Below are positions 53,392-61,439 of a DNA stretch of 64,000 nt, one piece after another. The notes below the pieces were generated by a model. The model made no database searches, was not told where the DNA came from, and worked only from the letters and a program-made list of their open reading frames with translations. The stretch lies in the NCBI GenBank assembly GCA_965214705.1, contig OZ243972.1, positions 3,872,001-3,936,000 of the forward strand, written 5' to 3'. How positions within the stretch are numbered: the stretch's first letter is position 1; each line of letters starts with the position of its first letter. The translations under genes and the position numbers were made by a program. The DNA is from Alphaproteobacteria bacterium (GTDB lineage Bacteria > Pseudomonadota > Alphaproteobacteria > UBA828).

Positions 53392-53524
53392 GGGAGGCGT
53401 CCATATAGAGGCCGGGAAGAGGAGGGGGATTTTCCGGTCGTACTGCTTGTGCGAGAAGGGCCGCGCGTCAACCGGGGCCGATCCCGTTCGGTCGGACCGT
53501 GCTCAGGGGCACGATCTGCGTGGA

Positions 53525-54211
53525 TCAATGCGCCGGCAGGACCAGGCGTTCGAGTGCCTCGTCGGCCGTCATCACGTCGCCGTAAGACGCGAGGCAGACG
53601 GCGTAGGTCCAGGAGTCCTCTTCCGCCGAGCGGCCGCCGTTGGCGTCCGAGATCATGACCGTCTTGAAGTCGTAGGCGGCGGCCTCGCGCGCCGTGGTCT
53701 CGCAGCAGACGTTGGTGACGGTGCCGACGACCAGGACCGTGTCGACCCCGAGGTCGCGCAACGCGCGCGCGAGGCGTCCCTGGCTGCCGATAAAGCCGCC
53801 GAAGCGGTTCTTGTGAACCATCGGATCGGTGTCGCGCGCGTCGAGCGCCGGCCAAATCGCGTGGCCCTCGACGCCTTCGCTGAGGCCGGCGCGAAAGACC
53901 GCCGCCGCTTCCTCACCCAGGATGGTGTCGAGGTTGGCCCAGTTCCTGTCTTCCTCCGGACCGTAGGTGGAGACCAGCCAGACGACGTGGCCGCCGGCGG
54001 CCCGGAGCGCGCCGGCCAGTCGATTGACCGTCGGCACGATCGCCCTGGCGTGGGGGATCTCGGACGGGCTGCCCTCGCGCATAAAGTGGACCTGCAGGTC
54101 CACCACCAGCAGCGCCGTGCGCGCCGCGTCCAGGTTCTCGAAAGCGTGCAGCCGGCCGCGCCGGCGCAGCACGCGGTCGATGACGCGCTGGGGGATCTGT
54201 ACCGGCTCCAT
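53525..54211 (-). CDS. Cysteine hydrolase (isochorismatase family)
   Basis: LLVVDLQ, KNRF, GTVTNVCCETTAR. Confidence 0.92.
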   Translation of the reverse strand: MEPVQIPQRVIDRVLRRRGRLHAFENLDAARTALLVVDLQVHFMREGSPSEIPHARAIVPTVNRLAGALRAAGGHVVWLVSTYGPEEDRNWANLDTILGEEAAAVFRAGLSEGVEGHAIWPALDARDTDPMVHKNRFGGFIGSQGRLARALRDLGVDTVLVVGTVTNVCCETTAREAAAYDFKTVMISDANGGRSAEEDSWTYAVCLASYGDVMTADEALERLVLPAH

Positions 54212-54310
54212 GGCGCCCTCCCGTCTCTGGCGAGTCGCCGGCATTCTGACCCGACCGGCTCGTGTGCGAAACGCGCCGAACTTTGGTCGAGGTGGATGAG
54301 GTTCCGGCCT

Positions 54311-55090
54311 CTATTCGCAGACCACCCCGTCGCCGTCCCCGTCGCGCATGTAGCGATAGGCCGGATGGTCACGCGGTACGGGTGCGATGCCGTGGCGTCG
54401 TGCCTCCGCGCACGTGATGCGGCCGTTGCGATTGTCGTCATAAACAGCGAGCACGTCGGACGCCGAGACGGTGCGAGGCTGTGCGCCCGTGGAGCCGGCA
54501 ACCGCTGCGGTCACGATCATCTCGGTGGAGTCACAGCCCGAAAGAACCCGTTCGAGTGCGGCAGCCTCACGCCGGTCGACGGTCAGTGCGTACGCGCGCT
54601 TGACCGCGACGATGCGCGCTGCGTACCAGCAGCGGTTCAACGGCGGCAGCCATTCTGCGAAATCGAAGGCGCATTTTCCGCCGCTTCCGCAGCGGTTCAC
54701 CTCGGGCGCAGCCAGGGTCAGGTTGAGCAGGTCGGAAGCGAAGCGTCGCCGAAGATCGGGGCCGGCGGCGCAGAGCCCACTGTCATGAGCCTCGGAGACG
54801 GCGACGATGTGCTCGATATCGGTTTGTCGCGTGGTCGAATAGTGCCGCCCCGTATAGGGCCCGTAGACCCTGCCTCCCATGGTGGCCACGATCTTGGCCT
54901 CGACCGACTGCGAATAGCGGTAATCGCCCCGGTCGTATGGCGCGCAGCGGTGCTCCGGCGCGATGGCGAGGCCGCGCCATGTCTCGGCGCCCAAGGCCTG
55001 ACCGAAATCGGCGATGCTTGCGACTATGATCGCAAGTGCGGCAAGCAGCATCGCTGCGGTGCGGCCTGAGAGCCTGTGTGCTCGTGTCAT
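54311..55090 (-). CDS. Secreted HNH-type (DUF1524/GmrSD-C-like) nuclease with EF-hand/Excalibur Ca-binding tail
   Basis: Signal peptide; DIEHIVA..NL..VN..K; DDNRNGRIT and DGDGDGVVCE. Confidence 0.8.
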   Translation of the reverse strand: MTRAHRLSGRTAAMLLAALAIIVASIADFGQALGAETWRGLAIAPEHRCAPYDRGDYRYSQSVEAKIVATMGGRVYGPYTGRHYSTTRQTDIEHIVAVSEAHDSGLCAAGPDLRRRFASDLLNLTLAAPEVNRCGSGGKCAFDFAEWLPPLNRCWYAARIVAVKRAYALTVDRREAAALERVLSGCDSTEMIVTAAVAGSTGAQPRTVSASDVLAVYDDNRNGRITCAEARRHGIAPVPRDHPAYRYMRDGDGDGVVCE

Positions 55091-55341
55091 TGCGACACCC
55101 CTTCTGAATCTTGTGAATCGAACTATCCATTTGATTGTCCAAATTGAGCCAAACGATTCAAATTTGTCGCCACGCATTTTGCTGATGCCGGTGGCGCGGC
55201 TTCTCGGATTTCAGCGGGGTGACGCGCTCGCTGGGTCGTGCGCGCGGGAGAGCGGCAGGGAGGAAAGGCGCGGCTTGCGGGCAGCCCCGCCGCGGCTTAG
55301 CTTCGGCGCGCGACCGCCGTGGCCCGCGACCGGGGAGGAAA

Positions 55342-56502
55342 ATGGGGATGGCCAAAATCGTCGAGGTTCGCGCGAGCGCACATTCGTGCCCGTTCGAGAG
55401 CAACTTCGTGCGCCTGGGCCTCGGCACCAACACAAAGCGCGACATCGTGCTGGTGCGGATCACGGACGAGAGCGGCGCGGTCGGCCTGGGCGAGGCCCAT
55501 CACGGCCAGAACCCCACGGCCATGGCGACGGTGATCCAGGACGGCCTAGGCTCGCTCATCATCGGCGCCGACCCGTTGGACAGCGAAGGCATCTGGCACC
55601 GGCTGGAGCGTCAGCAGATCGTGACGCACGGTTTGGGGGCGGGCAGCATCACGGCGCTCGCCGGCATCGACAACGCGCTCTGGGACCTCAAGGGCAAGCT
55701 GCTGGGCTTGCCGGTCTACACGCTCCTGGGCGGGGCCAAGAAGCGAATCCGCGCCTACGCCGGCGGTTTAAGTCTTGGCTTCAAACCGCCGGAAAAGCTG
55801 GAGAAAGAGGTCGCCACTTTGGTGGCCGAGGGCTACACGGCGATCAAGATGCGCGTCGGCGATCACCCGGCTCGGGACGCCATGCGGGTCAGCCACATCC
55901 GCAAGACCTTCGGCGACGATCTCGACATCGCGGTGGATGCCGCCACCCGCTACGACCTGCTCGATATCCCGGAGGTGCTGCGCTATTGCGAGGAGAACAG
56001 GGTGTACTGGCTGGAGGAGCCGTTCACGCCGGACAACATCCCGGCCTATGCCGAGCTGCGCACGCGTACCGCGATCCCCATCGCGGCCGGCGAGAACCAC
56101 TACGGAAGGCCGGCCTTCCGCGCGCTCTTCGAGGGGCGGGCGGTCTCCATCTGCCAGGCGGACTTCTGCAAGTCGGGCGGGCTCAGCGAGCTCAAGAAGA
56201 TTTCCGATATGGCCGCCGCCTGGCACATCCCGATGGCGCCGCACACCAGCCACAGCATCCTGAGCGCCGCCGGCAACGCGCACCTGCTCTCGGCGATCCC
56301 CAACGGGTTGATCTACGAGGCGGACGTGGCCACGGTGAACCCGTTCCGCACCGACCTCGCCAAGGGCTATGCGGGCGTGGTCGACGGGCATATCGAGCCG
56401 CCGGACGGGCCGGGCCTCGGGATCGAGATCGACGAGGCGGTGCTGGAACGCTATCCGGCGATTCCAGGGCCCTGCTACATTCCGGGGTGGGCCAGGGAGT
56501 AG
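55342..56502 (+). CDS. Mandelate racemase/muconate lactonizing enzyme family protein
   Basis: IDNALWDLKGK, KMR, VDA, WLEEP, AGEN, PGLG. Confidence 0.92.
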   Translation: MGMAKIVEVRASAHSCPFESNFVRLGLGTNTKRDIVLVRITDESGAVGLGEAHHGQNPTAMATVIQDGLGSLIIGADPLDSEGIWHRLERQQIVTHGLGAGSITALAGIDNALWDLKGKLLGLPVYTLLGGAKKRIRAYAGGLSLGFKPPEKLEKEVATLVAEGYTAIKMRVGDHPARDAMRVSHIRKTFGDDLDIAVDAATRYDLLDIPEVLRYCEENRVYWLEEPFTPDNIPAYAELRTRTAIPIAAGENHYGRPAFRALFEGRAVSICQADFCKSGGLSELKKISDMAAAWHIPMAPHTSHSILSAAGNAHLLSAIPNGLIYEADVATVNPFRTDLAKGYAGVVDGHIEPPDGPGLGIEIDEAVLERYPAIPGPCYIPGWARE

Positions 56503-56524
56503 GCCGACGCAACGGGAGGGCGCC

Positions 56525-57394
56525 ATGACTCCTGAGATCACGCCGACCGACGCCACTCTCGGCGCGGTGGTCAGTAATGTCCGGCTCGCCGCGCTCGACG
56601 ACGAGGCATTCGCGGCCATCGAGGAGGCGTGGCATGCTCACGCGGTCCTGATCTTCCCCGGTCAGCACCTTTCGGAAGGGGAGCAGGTGGACTTCAGCCG
56701 CCGCTTCGGCCCGCTGGAGCGGAGCCTCACCAAGACCCACACGCAGGGCGACCCGGCGATCATCCACCTCTCCAACGTCAAGAAGGACGGCACGCTCTGG
56801 GGCACCGACAGCGACACGGGCAGGCTGCTGAAGGGCAACAACTATTGGCACACCGACAGCTCGTACAAGCGCATCCCGGCCAAGGCCTCGCTGCTGACGG
56901 CGAAGATCGTGCCCAAGACCGGTGGCGAGACCGCCTTCGCCGACATGCGCGCGGCCTATGATGCCCTCGATGCCGCTATGCGGGACTGGCTCGCGGACAA
57001 ATCCGCCCTGCACAGCTACGCCTACAGCCAGGGCAAGGTCGGCGGCATGGGCGGCATCACCCAGGACGAGTGGGACGATCTGCCGCCGGTGGAGCAGCCC
57101 GTGATCCGCACGCACCCGGCGACCGGGCGGCGCAACCTCTATATCGGCCGCCATGCCAGCCACATCGTGGGCGAGGACCACGACGAGAGCCGCAAGCTTC
57201 TGGAGGAGCTCTGCGCAGACGCCTGCCGGCCGCCCCGCATCCACATCCACAAGTGGCAGGTGGGCGATCTGGTCATATGGGACAACCGCTGCGTGCTGCA
57301 CCGGGGCCTCGGCCATCCGCCCGACCAGCCGCGCCGCATGGTCCGCACCACCGTCGCCGGCGACAGCGACGAGGCCAACGAGTGGGTCGCGTGA
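56525..57394 (+). CDS. TauD/TfdA family 2OG dioxygenase (SdpA/TfdA-like)
   Basis: GNNYWHTDSSY, GGETAFADM, WDNRCVLHR. Confidence 0.92.
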   Translation: MTPEITPTDATLGAVVSNVRLAALDDEAFAAIEEAWHAHAVLIFPGQHLSEGEQVDFSRRFGPLERSLTKTHTQGDPAIIHLSNVKKDGTLWGTDSDTGRLLKGNNYWHTDSSYKRIPAKASLLTAKIVPKTGGETAFADMRAAYDALDAAMRDWLADKSALHSYAYSQGKVGGMGGITQDEWDDLPPVEQPVIRTHPATGRRNLYIGRHASHIVGEDHDESRKLLEELCADACRPPRIHIHKWQVGDLVIWDNRCVLHRGLGHPPDQPRRMVRTTVAGDSDEANEWVA

Positions 57395-57488
57395 GAGGGG
57401 GCGCACGTAGCGCTCCGTAGACGCGCGGCGGCGGCGCGCCACCAGGCGCATGATCGCGCTGGACTCCGCCCTGACGTTCCCTATATTT

Positions 57489-57529
57489 ATTGTTGTAAAT
57501 CGTACGTCAGACGAACGATATGCAACAAT
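57489..57529. promoter_or_regulatory. 41-bp imperfect palindrome overlapping the ATPase start codon
   Basis: ATTGTTGTAAATCGTACGTC-A-GACGAACGATATGCAACAAT (17/20 pairs). Confidence 0.7.
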
Positions 57530-58704
57530 TTATCCAGCGTCCCGCGCTTCTGGCTGCCGCCGTCCAGGGGCTGTCCGAAGTGCCGGCGGTCGCCTTGCTG
57601 GGTGCCCGGCAAGTGGGCAAGACGACGCTGGCGCACCGAGTTGCGGACGAGTGGCCGGGGCCGTCCACCCTTCTCGACCTGGAGGTGGCCGCGACGCGAG
57701 AGGCATTGTCGGGAACGCCCGAGAGGCTGCTGGGCGGCAGCGAAGGGCTAGTCGTTATCGACGAGATACAGCGCTTGCCGTCACTCTTCGAGGTGCTGCG
57801 CCCCATCTGCGACGACCCGGACCGGAAGGCGGTCTTTCTGCTGCTGGGCAGCGCGTCTTGGGATCTGATTCAGGGGGTCTCCGAAACCTTGGCGGGGCGA
57901 ATTCTCTTCGTTGATGTGGGCGGCTTCTCACTGGCCGAGGTGGGGGCGACCAACCAGGACAAGCTCTGGATGCGCGGCGGCTTTCCGCGCGCGTGGCTGG
58001 CACCTTCAGCGGCGGCTTGGACGCGCTGGATGCGGTCCTTCACCCGGACCTTTCTGGAACGGGACATCCCAGGGCTGGGCTCGCGGGTGCCGCCCGAATC
58101 GCTGGGCCGCTTCTGGCGGATGCTGGCGCATTACCACGGGCAGACCTGGAACGCGGCAGAGCTCGCGCGCTCGATGGACGTGGGTGTCACCACAGTAAAC
58201 CGCTATCGCGACCTGCTGGCGGGCGCCTTCATGGTCCGGATTCTGCCGCCGTGGTTCGAGAATCTCGGCAAGCGCATCGTCAAGTCACCCAAGGTTTATC
58301 TGCGCGACAGCGGCGTGCTGCACTTCCTGCTGGGACTCGAGAAGGCGTCCGACCTGCCGGTGCATCCACGCTACGGCGCCAGTTGGGAGGGGTTTGCCCT
58401 GGAGCAGACGCTGCTCGCGCACAGCGAGCACGAGGCATATGTCTACGCCACCCAGCGGGGAGCCGAGCTCGACCTGCTGTTGCTGCGGCGGGGACGGCGC
58501 TGGGGCTTCGAGTTTAAGTGCACCGACGCGCCGCGCACGACGAAGTCCATGCATGTCGTCATGAAGGACCTGGGCCTGCAGCATCTGTGGGTTCTCTATC
58601 CGGGGGATCAGGCCTATCCGCTCGCCGACGCCATCACGGCGCTGCCTCTCAAGAATGTCGGCGGAATTCAGCTGGAGCCCGGCGTCGTTGAGCGCCGCGA
58701 CTAA
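57520..58704 (+). CDS. AAA_14 ATPase with DUF4143 and PD-(D/E)xK-like C-terminus
   Basis: GARQVGKT, VIDEIQ, LLGS, GGFP, KSPKVYLRDSG, ELD..FEFK. Confidence 0.92.
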   Translation: MQQFIQRPALLAAAVQGLSEVPAVALLGARQVGKTTLAHRVADEWPGPSTLLDLEVAATREALSGTPERLLGGSEGLVVIDEIQRLPSLFEVLRPICDDPDRKAVFLLLGSASWDLIQGVSETLAGRILFVDVGGFSLAEVGATNQDKLWMRGGFPRAWLAPSAAAWTRWMRSFTRTFLERDIPGLGSRVPPESLGRFWRMLAHYHGQTWNAAELARSMDVGVTTVNRYRDLLAGAFMVRILPPWFENLGKRIVKSPKVYLRDSGVLHFLLGLEKASDLPVHPRYGASWEGFALEQTLLAHSEHEAYVYATQRGAELDLLLLRRGRRWGFEFKCTDAPRTTKSMHVVMKDLGLQHLWVLYPGDQAYPLADAITALPLKNVGGIQLEPGVVERRD

Positions 58705-58784
58705 GACGGCCGCCGGGGCGTGCTATGGTTGCGTGCCGCTTGTATGGTGGCGCCGCGACGGCGGGACGGAGAGGGAGACAAGCG

Positions 58785-59180
58785 ATGGTTGAGTTGCCGG
58801 ATCTGGCAAGACGGCTGCTGGACGGGAAGAACTTCGCGACCGTGGCGACCGTGATGGGGGACGGGCGGCCGCAGGCGTCCGTCATCTGGATTCACACGGA
58901 CGGCCCGCACATCGTCTTCAACACGGCGGAAGGGCGGGTGAAACCCAAGAACATGCGCCGCGACGCGCGGGTCGCGATCGCCGTGTTCGACATGGAGAAC
59001 CCTTACCAGCAGGCCATGATCCAGGGCCGCGTGGTGGCGATGGAGCACGAGGACGCCGACGCACACATCGACGCGATGGCCAAGAAGTATCTGGACCTGG
59101 ACAGCTATCCCTACCGCCAGGAGGGAGAGCAGCGCGTGATCGTCAAGATTGAGCCCGAAAAAGTCGCACTCATGGAATAG
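58785..59180 (+). CDS. PPOX-class putative F420-dependent oxidoreductase
   Basis: VAT..DGRPQ.S.IW, GRVK.KN.RRD.RV, HID.MAKKY..YP..GEQRV. Confidence 0.82.
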   Translation: MVELPDLARRLLDGKNFATVATVMGDGRPQASVIWIHTDGPHIVFNTAEGRVKPKNMRRDARVAIAVFDMENPYQQAMIQGRVVAMEHEDADAHIDAMAKKYLDLDSYPYRQEGEQRVIVKIEPEKVALME

Positions 59181-59214
59181 GCGGTGTCAACGGCATAACG
59201 AGGGGAGGCGAGCG

Positions 59215-59973
59215 ATGAGGCTAGAGGGAAAGCGGGCATTGATCACGGGAGCGATGGGCGGCATCGGCAGCAAGGTCGCCGAGCGATTCGCCGCCGAAGG
59301 CGCCGAGCTCGCGCTGGCGGACGCGGTGGCAGGCGAGAGCCCGGTCGCAGGCGCACGCTGTTATCGGGTCGACCTTAGCAGCGTTGCTGAGTGCCGGCGC
59401 CTCGCAGCCGAGGTAGAGGCTGATCTCGGCCCGATCGACCTGCTCGCCAACTGCGTCGGCGTCTTCGAGCAGGCATCGTTCGACGAGACCACCGAGGAGA
59501 TCTGGGACCGCAACGTCGATATCAACCTGAAGGGCGTGTTCTTCCTCATTCAAGCGGTGGCGCCGCAGATGCGCGCGCGCGGCGGCGGGCGTGTCGTCAA
59601 CATCACGTCTATCGCCGCCATTCAGGGGTTCGGTACCGCCCAGGCCTATTGCGCGGCGAAGGGCGGGCTCCTCAACCTCACACAGGCATTGGCCATGGCG
59701 CTCGCGCCCGACGGCATCAACGTCAATGCGGTGGGACCCGGCTTCATCCGCACGCAGATGACCGAGCACCAATGGACCGACGACGCCTTCAACGCCGGCC
59801 TCGCCCGCATGTTGGCCACCCGCAAGGGCTACATGGAGCCCGACAACATCGCCGCAGCCGTGCTCTTCCTATGCTCGGACGATGCCGCCCATATCCACGG
59901 CACCAATCTGCGCGTGGACGACGGCTGGCTCTCCGGAATTTCGGGCGCCGCGTTCTCGGACACCCACGCCTGA
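59215..59973 (+). CDS. SDR family oxidoreductase
   Basis: TGAMGGIG, YCAAK, VNAVGPG, VDDG. Confidence 0.92.
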   Translation: MRLEGKRALITGAMGGIGSKVAERFAAEGAELALADAVAGESPVAGARCYRVDLSSVAECRRLAAEVEADLGPIDLLANCVGVFEQASFDETTEEIWDRNVDINLKGVFFLIQAVAPQMRARGGGRVVNITSIAAIQGFGTAQAYCAAKGGLLNLTQALAMALAPDGINVNAVGPGFIRTQMTEHQWTDDAFNAGLARMLATRKGYMEPDNIAAAVLFLCSDDAAHIHGTNLRVDDGWLSGISGAAFSDTHA

Positions 59974-60007
59974 CGCCCGAGGCCGCAGACACGACGAGGA
60001 CGGCGCG

Positions 60008-61039
60008 ATGAAGTTCGGTCTGCTGTTCGCTCATCAGGTGCCGCCGGAGAGCGGCATCGCGAGCCAGGAAACCTACCGGGACATGCTGCGCTGCCTGCCG
60101 CGGGCGGAGGAGCTGGGCTACGTCTCGGCCTTCCAGTGCTCCCACCATGTCCAGAAGGACAGCTTTTGCCCCGGCCCGCTGGTGGCGATGGCCGGCGCCG
60201 CCGCGGTCACCGAGCGGATGCGAATCGGCACGGCGGTTCTGCTGGTGCCGCTCTATGCGCCGCTCAAGCTTGCCGAGGATGTCGCGGTGATCGACAACCT
60301 CTCCGGCGGGCGTTTCGTCTTCGGCGTGGCGCCGGGCTACGTCTCGCAGGAGTTCACTGCCCACAACGTGCCTCGGGAGGAGCGGGTCGGCCGTTTCGAG
60401 GAGGCGCTGGACCTAATGATCCAGGCCTGGACCGGAGAGCAGTTTTCTTTCGAGGGCCGCTACTACCGGGTGCCGGAGGGGCGGGTGACACCGAAGCCGG
60501 TTCAGGACCCGCACCCGCCCATCTGGTACGGGGTCTCGGCGCCGGGCTCGCTGCGCCGGGCAGCGGCGCGTCGCTGCGTGCAGATCATGTCGCCGCGCCA
60601 CGGGCTCGCCGAGCTGGAGGAGCATTTCCGGCCCTACGAGGCCGCTGCCAACGACGCCGGCTGGGAGATCCCGGAGCGGCCAGTGATCCGCCAGGTGTTC
60701 GTGGCACCGACCATGGCGGAGGCGGAGGTGAAGGCCGCGCCCGCCGTGGACTATCTCTACCGCGTGCTTTACGGCGCCGCGTCTGCTGCCGGCGACCGGG
60801 TGCTGCGGCGGGACGACGGCAGCGTGATCGAAGACCCCACCGAGGTCGCGTTCGCGACCTTCAAGGACCGCTACATCATCGGCGATCCCGATTTCGCGAT
60901 TCGCCGCATCCAGGACTACCAGGCGGCGGTGAACCCGAGCGAGATGATCTGCTGGATGCACATGCCGGGCGTAAGTGGCGCGGACGCGATGGCCTCGGCC
61001 GAGCTCTTCGCCAGCGAGGTCATGCCGCACTTCCAGTAG
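60008..61039 (+). CDS. Luciferase-like (LLM) flavin-dependent oxidoreductase
   Basis: MKFG, AEELGY..SHH, LAED..ID.LSGGR, PKPVQDPHPPIW, ELFASEVMP. Confidence 0.92.
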   Translation: MKFGLLFAHQVPPESGIASQETYRDMLRCLPRAEELGYVSAFQCSHHVQKDSFCPGPLVAMAGAAAVTERMRIGTAVLLVPLYAPLKLAEDVAVIDNLSGGRFVFGVAPGYVSQEFTAHNVPREERVGRFEEALDLMIQAWTGEQFSFEGRYYRVPEGRVTPKPVQDPHPPIWYGVSAPGSLRRAAARRCVQIMSPRHGLAELEEHFRPYEAAANDAGWEIPERPVIRQVFVAPTMAEAEVKAAPAVDYLYRVLYGAASAAGDRVLRRDDGSVIEDPTEVAFATFKDRYIIGDPDFAIRRIQDYQAAVNPSEMICWMHMPGVSGADAMASAELFASEVMPHFQ

Positions 61040-61144
61040 CGCCACAGTTCCCGATCAAACAGACAATGTGGTCGGATGGTTTTGCGCACGGGCATCCCGC
61101 AGCGTAGGGTCCGACGACCGCCAAGGCCTTTGAAAGCACCGGCA

Positions 61145-61420
61145 ATGGAATACGCATTGCGCGACGCGAAAGCACATCTCTCCAAGCTCGTCAGGGACGC
61201 CCAGAACGGCGAGCGCGTGGTCATCACCAAGCACGGCAAACCGGTCGTCGAGCTTGTGCGTTGCCACGAGCGCGGCGGAATCGACTTCGACAAGCTGGAT
61301 GCGGACCGTCGGCGGTTAGGAATCGAGGACGCCTCTCCGGAAGAGGCCGAGGCGATGATAGCCGCCTTTCACGACCCCGCGCTCAGCCGCCGGGTGCTCC
61401 GAATCGCGGGCAACGAATAG
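61145..61420 (+). CDS. Phd/YefM family antitoxin (no adjacent toxin)
   Basis: [26 protein letters not shown]. Confidence 0.88.
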   Translation: MEYALRDAKAHLSKLVRDAQNGERVVITKHGKPVVELVRCHERGGIDFDKLDADRRRLGIEDASPEEAEAMIAAFHDPALSRRVLRIAGNE

Positions 61421-61439
61421 TGGGCAATCAGAGCACACA

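Larger units (their letters stand above)
51990..53409 (+). mobile_element. IS110 family, IS1111 group element
   Basis: IRs ATGGACACCTCCC (51990-52002) / GGGAGGCGTCCAT (53392-53404); AGA core at 51987-51989 and 53407-53409; long 3' non-coding end. Confidence 0.9.
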
